DNA of 64,000 nucleotides from Candidatus Tenebribacter davisii (GTDB lineage Bacteria; Cloacimonadota; Cloacimonadia; Cloacimonadales; TCS61). The DNA lies in the NCBI GenBank assembly GCA_030765535.1, contig JAVCCH010000086.1:5930-69929 (forward strand). Reading direction: 5' to 3'. Shown here in pieces: positions 21,627 to 32,000 of this stretch. Numbering within the stretch: the stretch's first letter is position 1; every line of letters begins with the position of its first letter. The translations under genes were made by a program, and so were the position numbers. The notes under the pieces are model-generated. The model saw nothing but the letters and a program-made list of their open reading frames with translations, was not told the DNA's origin and did no database searches.

Positions 21627-22008
21627 TTAGTTTCTCCAAAATTTATTGTTTACTTGCTTCCTTTCCAGACTATCTTTTCTAATTCATTCTTTCCAATCGT
21701 TCAGAGAGGACTTATCTGAATGAATTTATTTTCACCGATGTAGATTATGCTATTTGATTTCTATACTTCATTCTCTAAAACTGCTAAGTTAATTTTTTCT
21801 GTAAAGAGTAAATTTGTTAAGCATTTAAGTTTCATTTTTTTAAAAAACACGTTTCATTCCTTTTTTGGGTGTAAATATCCCTTTTACTTATACATGTCGA
21901 AAATCCTGAAATTGGGACACAGACACTCAAAAAAAATTAAAGAATTTTAGAAGTATAGAGAAAAAATTACTATAGAAATAAAAAATTTATATTTATTTTA
22001 GAAATTAA

Positions 22009-22749
22009 TTATAATAATTCAACACTTTTCAAGTGCATATTCTTATTAAAATGTTCGGATAAATGTATAACAAATATCTTGTTAATATGCTTAAATATTG
22101 ATTTTGGAATTGATATCTCATTTATAAACTGTCCAATATTTGGTAATTTTCTAATCAGATCGGCTTCAATATCATTTATTCTGATCACTTGCTCATCATA
22201 TACCGGCATATAACAAATATCACAGATAAATCCATGTTTTTGAGGAAAGTAAGCTACAAATTTATTATTGTGAGAGCATTCTATACAATTATACACATTT
22301 AACTCAATTCCAATTATTTTACATAATTTTAACATAAACCGCCAAAAGATTACAATACCGTTTTTTGGTACCGTTTTTATATATTGCAAGTATTGTGTTA
22401 ATAATTCGTACACAGCTTTTGAATCATCCACAGTTATAATGATCTGCCTTATTATCTCGATTGCAGCCTGCATAAGGATACTTGTATGAAGTTTAATATT
22501 AAATAAATTGGCATTGATCAATTGTGCTGATTTAAAGATGTACCAATCCGAACTGGGATTCTTATAAAGTTCCATTTCAAGTTCATTTAGTAATTCTAAG
22601 ATTCCTATTACTTTATTACTTTTGCGAACACCTTTTGCCATAACCTTAATGACTCCATACTCTGGAGTCAGTACGTCGATAATAAGACTTGTATCTCTAA
22701 AATTAACTTTCTTAATAATTAAACAATTTGTTTTTAGATCTCTACTCAT
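22009..22749 (-). CDS. recO: DNA repair protein RecO
   Basis: FRDTSLIIDVLT..GVIKVMAKGVRK OB fold; CxxC...CxxC zinc site. Confidence 0.9.
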   Translation of the reverse strand: MSRDLKTNCLIIKKVNFRDTSLIIDVLTPEYGVIKVMAKGVRKSNKVIGILELLNELEMELYKNPSSDWYIFKSAQLINANLFNIKLHTSILMQAAIEIIRQIIITVDDSKAVYELLTQYLQYIKTVPKNGIVIFWRFMLKLCKIIGIELNVYNCIECSHNNKFVAYFPQKHGFICDICYMPVYDEQVIRINDIEADLIRKLPNIGQFINEISIPKSIFKHINKIFVIHLSEHFNKNMHLKSVELL

Positions 22750-22818
22750 AATTTACCTGAATCAATAATAAACCTGATTTCGTAATCAATAATTAATATT
22801 CCAAAAATCTAGCAAAAT

Positions 22819-24852
22819 TCAATATTCTAAGCTATTATCTTGTGTTTCAGCAGGATTAAAAGTATGTAAACCTTTGACAACGAAATAAATTATTATTACA
22901 GCAGGTATTATAACCCAATATGCTATATTTCCATCTTTAACAATAAAATCGAGAAATTTAAATTTATCTGAATAATTGGTTATAAGAATAGCTAACGAGT
23001 TTTGCATGATATGAGCTAAGATAGGTACATATAAGCTCTTGGTCTTCCAGGCTAAATAACCTAACCAGATACCTAATAAAGATACTGGTAAAAAGCGAAA
23101 CGGATCAAGATGGAAAACACCAAATAAAACAGCTGTAAAAATTATTCCATGCCAAAATCCACTCTTTTTCAAAGAACTTAGGATGAAACCTCTAAACATA
23201 ACCTCTTCACAGATACCAGGCAAAATTCCAACTACAAAAATTATCAGCCATATACTATTTTGATCGGTTGATAATAGACTCTGCAAATTTTCCAGATATG
23301 TATCAGAAAGAGGAAAGATCAAATTAATTATTTGACCTACAATACCGGCTAATAACAGAAATGGAAGTGCAGCAATTATAACCAGCAGGAAATTCATTGG
23401 ATTTGTATAATTTAATCTCAATGTTTTTTTAATATCTGTCTTTGAAAAACGTAAAATTACAATAACAGGTAATAAAATAAGCAATACTTCAGTTTTTACC
23501 AATCCTCTCATCAAGTCTTGTATCTGCCATCTTTCGCCAATATAATAAAGAGCTAATATCATAATAACAAAATAGACAAGAACGAACTGTAAATTTAGAA
23601 TATTCTTCTTATTTTTACCCCAGAATTTCAAAGATTTTTCTTCTGCAGTTCTAAATAAGACATTTTCGCTATGGAACAACTTAATTGAAATGTAAACTGT
23701 TACAACATCAAGTACAAGAGTAGATCCTATAACTATGAACAGATAACTTAATTGATAGTTATTCAGCATTATATCACGCATTAACAAAGAAAAATTAACA
23801 ATCGGAATTAATGAAAATCCCAGATTCAGTTCAAAACCCGGTAAAAAACTAACCATTGAAAGCATGATAGCTCCAAACAGCAAAGGCATTTGATAACTTT
23901 GAGCTTCCTTGATATTCCTGGAATAAGTTGAAATTGAAAGAAGAATAGCAGAGAAAAAAGTTATTAGCGGGATCATCAGAAGCAGGATAAGTGCAAAGTT
24001 CCCAATTGGCAACTGGAAGTTTCCCATGGTCTGCCCCATCTGCATAAAGATATGGCGAAATGCAATGTACATACTTAATAAGTTAAGTAATACAGTAATG
24101 ATAGAAATAGTAATTATCGTAAGATATTTACCAATAACCAATTCGTTCCTTTTAGCTGCACTAACCAAGATCGTTTCAAGTGTACCCCTTTCTTTTTCAC
24201 CGGCAATAAGATCTGAAGCAATTACTGAAGCACCACTTATAGTTAATATAATTAACAAATAAGGTAAAAATTTTCCAACAATAAAACCAACCATTTGTTC
24301 AGGTGGTGCAATGTTTTCTTTTTTGATCTCAACAGCATTCAATATCTCACTGTTAATTTTAATTTTATCCAGTCTCTTGCTTATCAGCACTTCTTCCAGA
24401 TCACGTAAATTATCTCTGATCTTTCTATATGCCATGGAACTCTTCTCGGAAGTTTCATCATAAAAACAAGTAAGATTAAGTATTGTATAACCGGTTGATG
24501 ATAAACTATCTTCAACAGTAATTAGAGCTTCTATTGATTTATCTTTTAGAAGGTCAAGATATGTGTCTTCATTATAAACAATAGCTTCATCCATAATTTG
24601 AAGTGTCTCTATTTCAGATAGTGATCCCCTTATCTCACGTGATATCTCATTTTGTGACATATCATTAAGATATATAACTATTTCCTGTTGTTCCAGTTTG
24701 ATTTCCTGACGTGATGTCATAGATGTTAAACCGATCATTAATAACGGATATAGTATAATTGGAAGAACAAATGATGTTATAATTGTTCTTTTATCTCTAA
24801 GAAGATCCAGCATCTCTTTTTTGTAAATTACAATTATTTTTTTAATATTCAT
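22819..24852 (-). CDS. NatB-like ABC permease fused to CPBP/CAAX intramembrane metalloprotease
   Basis: KEMLDLLRDKRT, AGEKERGTLETIL, KEAQSY; C-terminal EEVMFRG..FH..AH protease motifs. Confidence 0.9.
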   Translation of the reverse strand: MNIKKIIVIYKKEMLDLLRDKRTIITSFVLPIILYPLLMIGLTSMTSRQEIKLEQQEIVIYLNDMSQNEISREIRGSLSEIETLQIMDEAIVYNEDTYLDLLKDKSIEALITVEDSLSSTGYTILNLTCFYDETSEKSSMAYRKIRDNLRDLEEVLISKRLDKIKINSEILNAVEIKKENIAPPEQMVGFIVGKFLPYLLIILTISGASVIASDLIAGEKERGTLETILVSAAKRNELVIGKYLTIITISIITVLLNLLSMYIAFRHIFMQMGQTMGNFQLPIGNFALILLLMIPLITFFSAILLSISTYSRNIKEAQSYQMPLLFGAIMLSMVSFLPGFELNLGFSLIPIVNFSLLMRDIMLNNYQLSYLFIVIGSTLVLDVVTVYISIKLFHSENVLFRTAEEKSLKFWGKNKKNILNLQFVLVYFVIMILALYYIGERWQIQDLMRGLVKTEVLLILLPVIVILRFSKTDIKKTLRLNYTNPMNFLLVIIAALPFLLLAGIVGQIINLIFPLSDTYLENLQSLLSTDQNSIWLIIFVVGILPGICEEVMFRGFILSSLKKSGFWHGIIFTAVLFGVFHLDPFRFLPVSLLGIWLGYLAWKTKSLYVPILAHIMQNSLAILITNYSDKFKFLDFIVKDGNIAYWVIIPAVIIIYFVVKGLHTFNPAETQDNSLEY

Positions 24853-25598
24853 GCATCTTCCTTCACAACATTGTTAACATAGTGAATGAAGATGTCATCA
24901 AGGTCGTGTAATCCTGTATTTTCAATGAATTCTTCCCAGCTTCCTTGAGCTAATACTTTTCCCTGGTGGATCATGACAATTTTATCAGCAATACGTTCTG
25001 CTTCCCGCATTATATGAGTGGAGAATAGTACACATTTACCATCCTCTTTACATTTATGAATAAAAGAAATTATATTCTTAGCAGTAAGGATATCAAGTCC
25101 GGCTGTTGGTTCATCAAAGATCATTATGGGAGGATCATGAATAATTGAACGGACAATAGAAACCTTTTGCTTCATTCCAGTAGAGAGAAAATCAATTTTT
25201 TTATCCAGAAAATCATGCATGTCTAGAAGGTCAGCCATCTTGTTGATCCTATCGTGTATCTTATTTTCAGGAACATCATACAATCTGGCAAAATATGTAA
25301 TCGTCTCTCGTGCTGTAAGCCTGGCATAAAGTCCCGTATCTCCTGAAAGGAAACCTAGATTTGCTCTCACATTCTGAGGATCTTTTTTTAAATCATAACC
25401 TTCCAGTGTTGCTGTTCCGCTGGATGGCTGTAATATAGTAGAAAGCATTCGCATCGTCGTAGTCTTTCCAGCTCCATTAACACCTAATAACACTACAATT
25501 TCACCTTTATCTGCTGTGAATGAAAGGTTATTTACGGCATACAACTCTTCCCCATTTTGTTGACGGAATACTTTTGAGAGATTATTTACGGTTATCAT
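24849..25598 (-). CDS. NatA-like ABC transporter ATP-binding protein
   Basis: GVNGAGKTT, LSTGMKQK, FDEPTAGLD, STH. Confidence 0.92.
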   Translation of the reverse strand: MITVNNLSKVFRQQNGEELYAVNNLSFTADKGEIVVLLGVNGAGKTTTMRMLSTILQPSSGTATLEGYDLKKDPQNVRANLGFLSGDTGLYARLTARETITYFARLYDVPENKIHDRINKMADLLDMHDFLDKKIDFLSTGMKQKVSIVRSIIHDPPIMIFDEPTAGLDILTAKNIISFIHKCKEDGKCVLFSTHIMREAERIADKIVMIHQGKVLAQGSWEEFIENTGLHDLDDIFIHYVNNVVKEDA

Positions 25599-25616
25599 TT
25601 ATCCTCTTAATTGTAT

Positions 25617-25651
25617 TAAAAAAGGTAGAGGTAGTTTTCCTACCTCTACCT
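25617..25651 (-). terminator. Intrinsic terminator after M42 peptidase
   Basis: AGGTAGAGGTAG-GAAAA-CTACCTCTACCT followed by a T run on the minus strand. Confidence 0.8.
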
Positions 25652-25663
25652 GAAATTAATAAT

Positions 25664-26719
25664 TTATACTTTTGGAATAAAATCAGTTTTATCGTTGATC
25701 AAGCAGACAAATTCTGTAAGAAGTTTTATTGCTCCATCAAGATCTTTAAATGAGATCACTTCATTTGGAGTGTGCATATATCTATTGGGAATACTGATGA
25801 GCCCTGTCGCTACACCGGCTCTATTAACCTGAATTGCATTTGCATCAGTGCCGGTTCCGCGTGGAGCGGCTTCAATCTGATATTTAATTTTAGCATTATC
25901 CCCTGCTTTTTTGAGAAGCTCAAATACTTTTGGATTTATATTTGCACCAACTGAAATAACCGGTCCTTTTTCTAAGGATATATCACCTAACTGTCCTTTA
26001 TTCATTCCCGGATAATCAGTTGCATGTGTCACGTCTATAGCTACGCCAACATGAGGATCAATGCCGAATGCACTTGTTCTGGCTCCACGAAGTCCAACTT
26101 CTTCCTGAACTGAAGAGACGGAATATATGTTTGCAGTAATTTTTTTTCCTGCAAGTTCTTTAAGAATACATCCCACAATGTAAACTCCAGCTTTATTATC
26201 AGTAGCTTTAGTTGTGATCACACTTCCAGATAATATTTCCAAGCCAGGTGAATAAGTTATATGATCACCAATCGCAACTTTTTTCTCAGCTGCTTTTTTA
26301 TCTTTTGCGCCAATATCTATCCAGAGGTCAGACATTTTTGGAGTACTCTTTCTATCTTCAGGGCTCATCAAATGAATTGGCTTTCTTCCAATGATTCCAC
26401 GAACAACTTTTTTATTATGATAAATATTTACGCGAATACCTGGCAACAAAGTTGCATCTACACCACCAATAGCAACAAATCTGACAAATCCGGTATCTTC
26501 AATATAATTAACCATTAAACCGACCTCATCAGCATGACCGGACAACATGATGCGAAGTTTTCCTGTTCCTTTTTTAAGGGCTATAACATTACCATGCACA
26601 TCAGTTTTAATTTCATCAGCATATTCTTTTACAAAATTCCTGTACACTTCCTGTGCCGGTTGTTCAAATCCCGATGGACTTGGAGCTGTAACTAGATCTT
26701 CAAAGAATTTTTTTTCCAT
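25664..26719 (-). CDS. M42 family aminopeptidase (TET-like)
   Basis: SPSGFE, GHADEVG, DNKAG, QEEVGLRGA, GTDA, PNRYMHTP. Confidence 0.93.
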   Translation of the reverse strand: MEKKFFEDLVTAPSPSGFEQPAQEVYRNFVKEYADEIKTDVHGNVIALKKGTGKLRIMLSGHADEVGLMVNYIEDTGFVRFVAIGGVDATLLPGIRVNIYHNKKVVRGIIGRKPIHLMSPEDRKSTPKMSDLWIDIGAKDKKAAEKKVAIGDHITYSPGLEILSGSVITTKATDNKAGVYIVGCILKELAGKKITANIYSVSSVQEEVGLRGARTSAFGIDPHVGVAIDVTHATDYPGMNKGQLGDISLEKGPVISVGANINPKVFELLKKAGDNAKIKYQIEAAPRGTGTDANAIQVNRAGVATGLISIPNRYMHTPNEVISFKDLDGAIKLLTEFVCLINDKTDFIPKV

Positions 26720-26742
26720 CTTTCTCTCCTATATATATTTAT

Positions 26743-27144
26743 TTAACAATTATTTGCTCTACCCGATGCAAAAGGGTTAATATTTTTTTTAACTTGTTTA
26801 ACAGGTTTTTCAATAGGGATCAAACAAAGAAACTTAAGTGTTGTATCACCCGTATTTTTATAGTTGTGTTTCATATGCGGATCAACATATATTACATCAC
26901 CTGGTTTAAATGGCAATTCTCCATCTTCTGTAACCAGAACTCCAGTACCTTCAACAATGAAATTTTCATGTTCCCAGCTGTGTGAATGATATGGTGTAAA
27001 TCCTCCTGGTACAACTTCAAACATTCGCATTGCAAAATTTGGTGCTTTATCCTTATCCGAGATAAGCCAACGTATATTTGCACCTTTTGCTCCTTCCATA
27101 GTTACTTTTTCTAATTGAACTTTTTTATATGATATAAGTTTCAT
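26743..27144 (-). CDS. Cupin domain protein
   Basis: PGGFTPYHSHSWEHE and PGDVIYVDPHMKH cupin motifs. Confidence 0.9.
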   Translation of the reverse strand: MKLISYKKVQLEKVTMEGAKGANIRWLISDKDKAPNFAMRMFEVVPGGFTPYHSHSWEHENFIVEGTGVLVTEDGELPFKPGDVIYVDPHMKHNYKNTGDTTLKFLCLIPIEKPVKQVKKNINPFASGRANNC

Positions 27145-27156
27145 AACTCCTCCAAT

Positions 27157-27190
27157 AAAAATGAGGTATCCTTTTTATCCAGACACCTCA
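27157..27190 (-). terminator. Probable terminator after NifU-domain gene
   Basis: Minus strand TGAGGTGTC...GATACCTCA-TTTTT. Confidence 0.6.
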
Positions 27191-27213
27191 CTTTCTATAA
27201 TTCTGTTTCAAAC

Positions 27214-27441
27214 CTATACTGAAATTACTTCTTTTACTTCAGGTATTTCTTCTTTCAGAACTCTCTCGATACCTGCTTTAAGTGTAAGTGTTGCCATTGG
27301 GCAATTTCCACAAGCACCTTTCAATTTTACTTCTATAACATTATCAGCAGTTATATTAACAAGTTCACAATCTCCGCCATCAGCCTGCAGCGAAGGTCTA
27401 ACTTTATCTAGAACTTCCTGTACCTTTATTTTATCCAGCAT
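27214..27441 (-). CDS. NifU C-terminal/NfuA-like Fe-S scaffold
   Basis: [20 protein letters not shown] CxxC, TLKAGIE. Confidence 0.93.
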   Translation of the reverse strand: MLDKIKVQEVLDKVRPSLQADGGDCELVNITADNVIEVKLKGACGNCPMATLTLKAGIERVLKEEIPEVKEVISV

Positions 27442-27615
27442 TCTTCCTCCATTTATTTTTATACCTTAAATATATTAACTAAAAATTAGTAAAGTTAAAA
27501 TTATAATTTTTTTTAATTTGTTATTATATTAATCTAATATAAATTTCCTTGACTTCAAAACCCTATTTTTAAGCCTTGCTTCTAAATTATTCATTAAAGA
27601 AAAAAGGAGAGAAAG

Positions 27616-28929
27616 ATGAAAAAGAAAGTCATCATTATGGGTGCTGCAGGGCGTGATTTCCATAACTTCAACTGTTATTACAGAGACAATGCAAATTACG
27701 ATGTTGTTGCTTTTACAGCAACACAAATCCCTGATATCGATGGAAGAAAATATCCAGCTGAATTAGCTGGTGAATTATATCCAGAAGGTATCCCTATCTT
27801 CGCAGAAAATGAAATAGTGAACCTGATAAATAAACACAACGTAGAAGAAGTTGTGTTTGCTTACAGTGATGTTCCTCATGAAAGAGTTATGAATAATGCT
27901 TCATTAGTTAATGCTGCTGGAGCTGATTTCAAACTTATCGGATTGAAGAATTCTACTGTAAAAACAACTAAACCACTTATAACAGTATGCGCTACCAGAA
28001 CTGGCTGCGGAAAAAGTCAAACAACACGTGCGGTTGTGAAAGCTCTTAAAGCAAAAGGACTGAAAGTAGCTTCTATCCGTCATCCAATGCCATATGGCGA
28101 CCTTGTTAAACAAAAAGTTCAAAGATTTGCTGCTCTTGAAGATCTGGTAAAACATGAATGTACAATAGAAGAAATGGAAGAATACGAACCACATATAATT
28201 ATGGGTAGTATTATCTATTCTGGTGTAGATTACGAAGCAATAGTTCGTGAAGCTGAAAAAGAAGCTGATGTAATTATTTGGGATGGCGGGAATAATGACA
28301 CACCATTCTACGTTTCAGACAAAATGATAAACATCGTTGTTGTAGATCCACACAGACCTGATCATGAAAGAACTTACTATCCTGGCGAAACTAATGTCAT
28401 CAATGCTGATGTTATTGTGATCAATAAGATCGATTCAGCTGATCCGGAAGGAATTCAGATCGTGAGAGATAATGTTCGAGAACTCAATCCTAATGCTATC
28501 GTTATTGATGGTGCTTCACCTGTAAGCATTGATAAGCCTGAACTTGTGAAAGGTGCTGATGTTCTTATCGTTGAAGATGGTCCTACTCTTACTCATGGTG
28601 AGATGAAGTATGGCGCAGGTGTTGTAGCTGCTGAAAAATACGGTGCTGCTGACCTTGTTGATCCTCGTCCTTTCGCTGTTGGTTCTATCAAAGAAACATT
28701 TGAGAAATATCCTGAGATAGGTATTCTCCTGCCAGCAATGGGCTATGGCGAACAGCAGATCAAAGATCTTGAAACTACAATTAATAATACAGAATGTGAC
28801 GCTGTTGTTATAGCAACTCCTATCGATCTTAGAAGGATCGTTAAGATCAATAAACCTTCAGTTCAGGTAACTTATGAGCTACAGGAAATTGGACATACAA
28901 CAATAGCTGACGTTCTTAAAGATTTCTAA
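27616..28929 (+). CDS. COG2403 'GTPase'/cDPG-synthase-like protein, probable arginine synthetase (ArcE-type)
   Basis: GAAGRDFHNFN, FTATQIP, RTGCGKSQT, RHPMPYG, EEMEEYEPH, WDGGNND, EDGPTLTHG, LPAMGY. Confidence 0.75.
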   Translation: MKKKVIIMGAAGRDFHNFNCYYRDNANYDVVAFTATQIPDIDGRKYPAELAGELYPEGIPIFAENEIVNLINKHNVEEVVFAYSDVPHERVMNNASLVNAAGADFKLIGLKNSTVKTTKPLITVCATRTGCGKSQTTRAVVKALKAKGLKVASIRHPMPYGDLVKQKVQRFAALEDLVKHECTIEEMEEYEPHIIMGSIIYSGVDYEAIVREAEKEADVIIWDGGNNDTPFYVSDKMINIVVVDPHRPDHERTYYPGETNVINADVIVINKIDSADPEGIQIVRDNVRELNPNAIVIDGASPVSIDKPELVKGADVLIVEDGPTLTHGEMKYGAGVVAAEKYGAADLVDPRPFAVGSIKETFEKYPEIGILLPAMGYGEQQIKDLETTINNTECDAVVIATPIDLRRIVKINKPSVQVTYELQEIGHTTIADVLKDF

Positions 28930-28949
28930 ATAAAATATTAATCTAAAAC

Positions 28950-28982
28950 AAAAAGGGCAGAATTAAATTCTGCCCTTTTTTT
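28950..28982. terminator. Bidirectional intrinsic terminator
   Basis: AAAAAGGGCAGAAT-TAA-ATTCTGCCCTTTTT between convergent genes. Confidence 0.9.
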
Positions 28983-29039
28983 CATCTTATTATCACTCTA
29001 ATAGATAGAGAGCAATAAGCACTCTTTCAAATGTTTCTC

Positions 29040-32000
29040 TTATTTCAAAAGTAACATTTTTTTAGTTTCAGTTTTACTATCAGTTATTAGCCTATAGAAA
29101 TATACTCCTGAGCTGCAATTGTCAGCATTCCATAAATAATTATGAGTGCCGGAATTGAAGCGTTGAGTTTCAACTATTTGCCCTTTCATATTGAATATGG
29201 TCAATACACCCGTTTCATTTTCACTGATATCTAACAAGATACAAGTATCAGGATTAAATGGATTAGGACGATTCTGGTAAAGTTTAGAAACTAATGGTGT
29301 TAAAACTATACCGGAATCAAGAACATTTTCTACAACTACATTCCATGCATAATATATTGCATCCCTAGATTCACCTTCTCCAAAGTTATCAGTAACATTA
29401 AGCGTTATTTCATATTCTCCAGCAGAGTTTTCATCAGTAATGAAATCGTAAGTAGCTTCTATTGATTGTTCTACTCCATCTATCTGCCAGCTATATTCAA
29501 GGTCATTTCCATCCGGGTCAAAAGCATCAACAGAGAAATTGATAATCTCACCCTCATCTATAATTATAGTACCTACATCAGGAACTAATTCATTTACGAC
29601 AACACTCTGATCTGAATCAATTACGATCAATTCCCATTCCTGAGATACACTTGCTCTGCTTTCTTCTTTATTCATAGCAGATTCAACTGATTTATCAATT
29701 TTGGAAACTTTTCCTTCTCTTTCTGAAATTCCATCATCAACAATGCACTTAATTAAGTATGTACCTGCTGAGTAATAATCAGATTCATAAGTATAAGTAC
29801 TAACAGTTTGATCAACTTGCATGATATCATCAACGAACCACTGGTAAGCCAGTATTTCAGAATCAATATCTGTTGCAATTACCAAGAATGTCTGCATCTC
29901 GGTTTCATTGATCGTAATAGATGATGCAGAAGGATCAAATTCAATGATTACTGGAGCATCATTTACGTTATTTACTGTAACTCTTACTTCATCAGTAACT
30001 GATGCCATGCTATCATCTGTTGCTGTAAATATGATATCTTCGAAACCGAACCAATCAGCATCAGGTGTTAATGTAACGATTCCTTCATAAACACTTACAT
30101 CGATATTGGAATTACCAGTATAAGTGAAGGTAAGGAAATCACCATATGCAAGATCTTCATCATCAAATACATTATTCAGATCTATTGAAGAATCTGTTGT
30201 ATCTTCATCAAATGAGAAATCTACAATTGGATATTGAACAAATGGTACTGCATTAGCGTTAGGATAGCCGGCTGCAGCTCCGCAATAAGCCCAAACTGAC
30301 TGCCATGTATCATCGCTATTCCCACTTTCATGGATGTAAACTACCATTGGTCCTTCTTTATTCATAGATTTCATATTTGCCATTTCATCAGAAGATGATG
30401 AACCGTCGATAATTACTGCAGCCATTCTGTAATCATATTCAACAAATCCATTAGGAACTTGAAGCATTACTGATGCATTATTTTCAACTGGAGGATCATA
30501 GAGGTATACATTAGCAACTGCCTGCCAGTTTTGTGCTGCTGTTGTATCAGCATCACTTTCAACAACGTAGTAATCTATACTAGGCATTTCTGCTTCATTA
30601 TGGAAAGGATCATTAACTGATAATTCATAATCAATATAGATCCATCCACCTTCATCTCCCGGTACGTCATATGCAGTTGTATTTGTAGGAGGTTCAATTG
30701 TTGGATATAGAATTTCTATAGGATCTGAGTAACTATGATTTTCAAATGGATACATTCCATATGCTTCTATTACAAGATCACTCATGATTTCAAATGAAAT
30801 ACAGTTATCATAAACCTGATATCCATATGTTTGGTAAGGTTCATTAGGCAAAGTAACATCATCTGGATAATTTGACAGGAAGTGAATTACATTTGAATAA
30901 TCACAATCAAGCATTCCAGCGTCATCTAAAGCTGCAACATTAACACTGAAATATGTCCCATATTCTGGTGATTCCGGTGTAGTTGTAATATCGAACCCTG
31001 TAGCAATGATGTCAACTTCAACCGGTACTATAGGATCAATATCAGTTTCAATATTGCCGGGAACATCTGTTGCGATCGTATAGAATTCATAAAGACCTTC
31101 TGCACATATAAATGAACTTGCCTCAAGACAATAGCTGAATGTACCGTCTTCATTGCCTGTGACATCTGTATCTGCTAGAATGAATCCTAAGCCGTCATGA
31201 TTTACATAAAGTTCAACTTGTTGAATACCATTGTAATCATAAGCTTCCCACTCGACTTCTATACAAGCAATAGCAGTGTTATACATTGCTGATGTAACTT
31301 CAGAAAGTGGATTTTCTGTATCTATACCGAAAACATCCGCTTCTTCATATGGAACCATTACATTCTCTGCCGGATAATCTTCAGCACCTTCAATATGTAC
31401 ATCAATATCAGGAAGTGTAACACCTGCATCTGCAACGTCATAGTAAGCTATGTATGTGTCAGTGTATAACCACTCACCATGATTTAGAATTATCGTTGTA
31501 CCAGGATCCTCATTAGGGAATGTTATTACAGGATCTGCAATTCCAGTCATCATCATGGATCCGCTAAATCCTATTTCTAAAGTAAACATACTTGTTCCAA
31601 CATCTGCATCAGTTATTAACAATGGACTTGCAATTAACGAAACAACAGTTGGATTCTCTGTATCTATACTGAAGACATCTGCAACATCATAAGGGATCTG
31701 GATGTTCAAAGCAGGATAGTCTGTAGCTCCCTCAACATGTACATCTATATTCCAAATTGTCACACCGGCATCATATACATCATAATAAGCCATGTATGAA
31801 TCCGTATCAATCCAACTACCTTCACTAAATACAATTGTACTAGATGGGTCTTCAACCGGGAAGGTAATTAAAGGATCTGACATTACTCTACTATCCGGAT
31901 ACATATTCTCGTTGTAATTAATGGTTAGAGTAAACATATCAGGACCTTCATCGGAATCTGTGATCAATAGAGGATCAGCTACTACAGAAATAACATAAGG

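Noticed and set aside
21776-21790. 15-bp match TAAAACTGCTAAGTT to one unit of the giant-gene leader motif
   Set aside because: It lacks the AAATTGAGGT half and is plausible by chance in AT-rich DNA.
22819-24852. ABC permease-CAAX protease fusion as a novelty
   Set aside because: NatB-CPBP fusions are a familiar architecture.
27371-27379. TCTCCGCCA matching the tRNA-Ser 3' end
   Set aside because: Only 9 bp and inside the conserved NifU coding sequence; a chance match.
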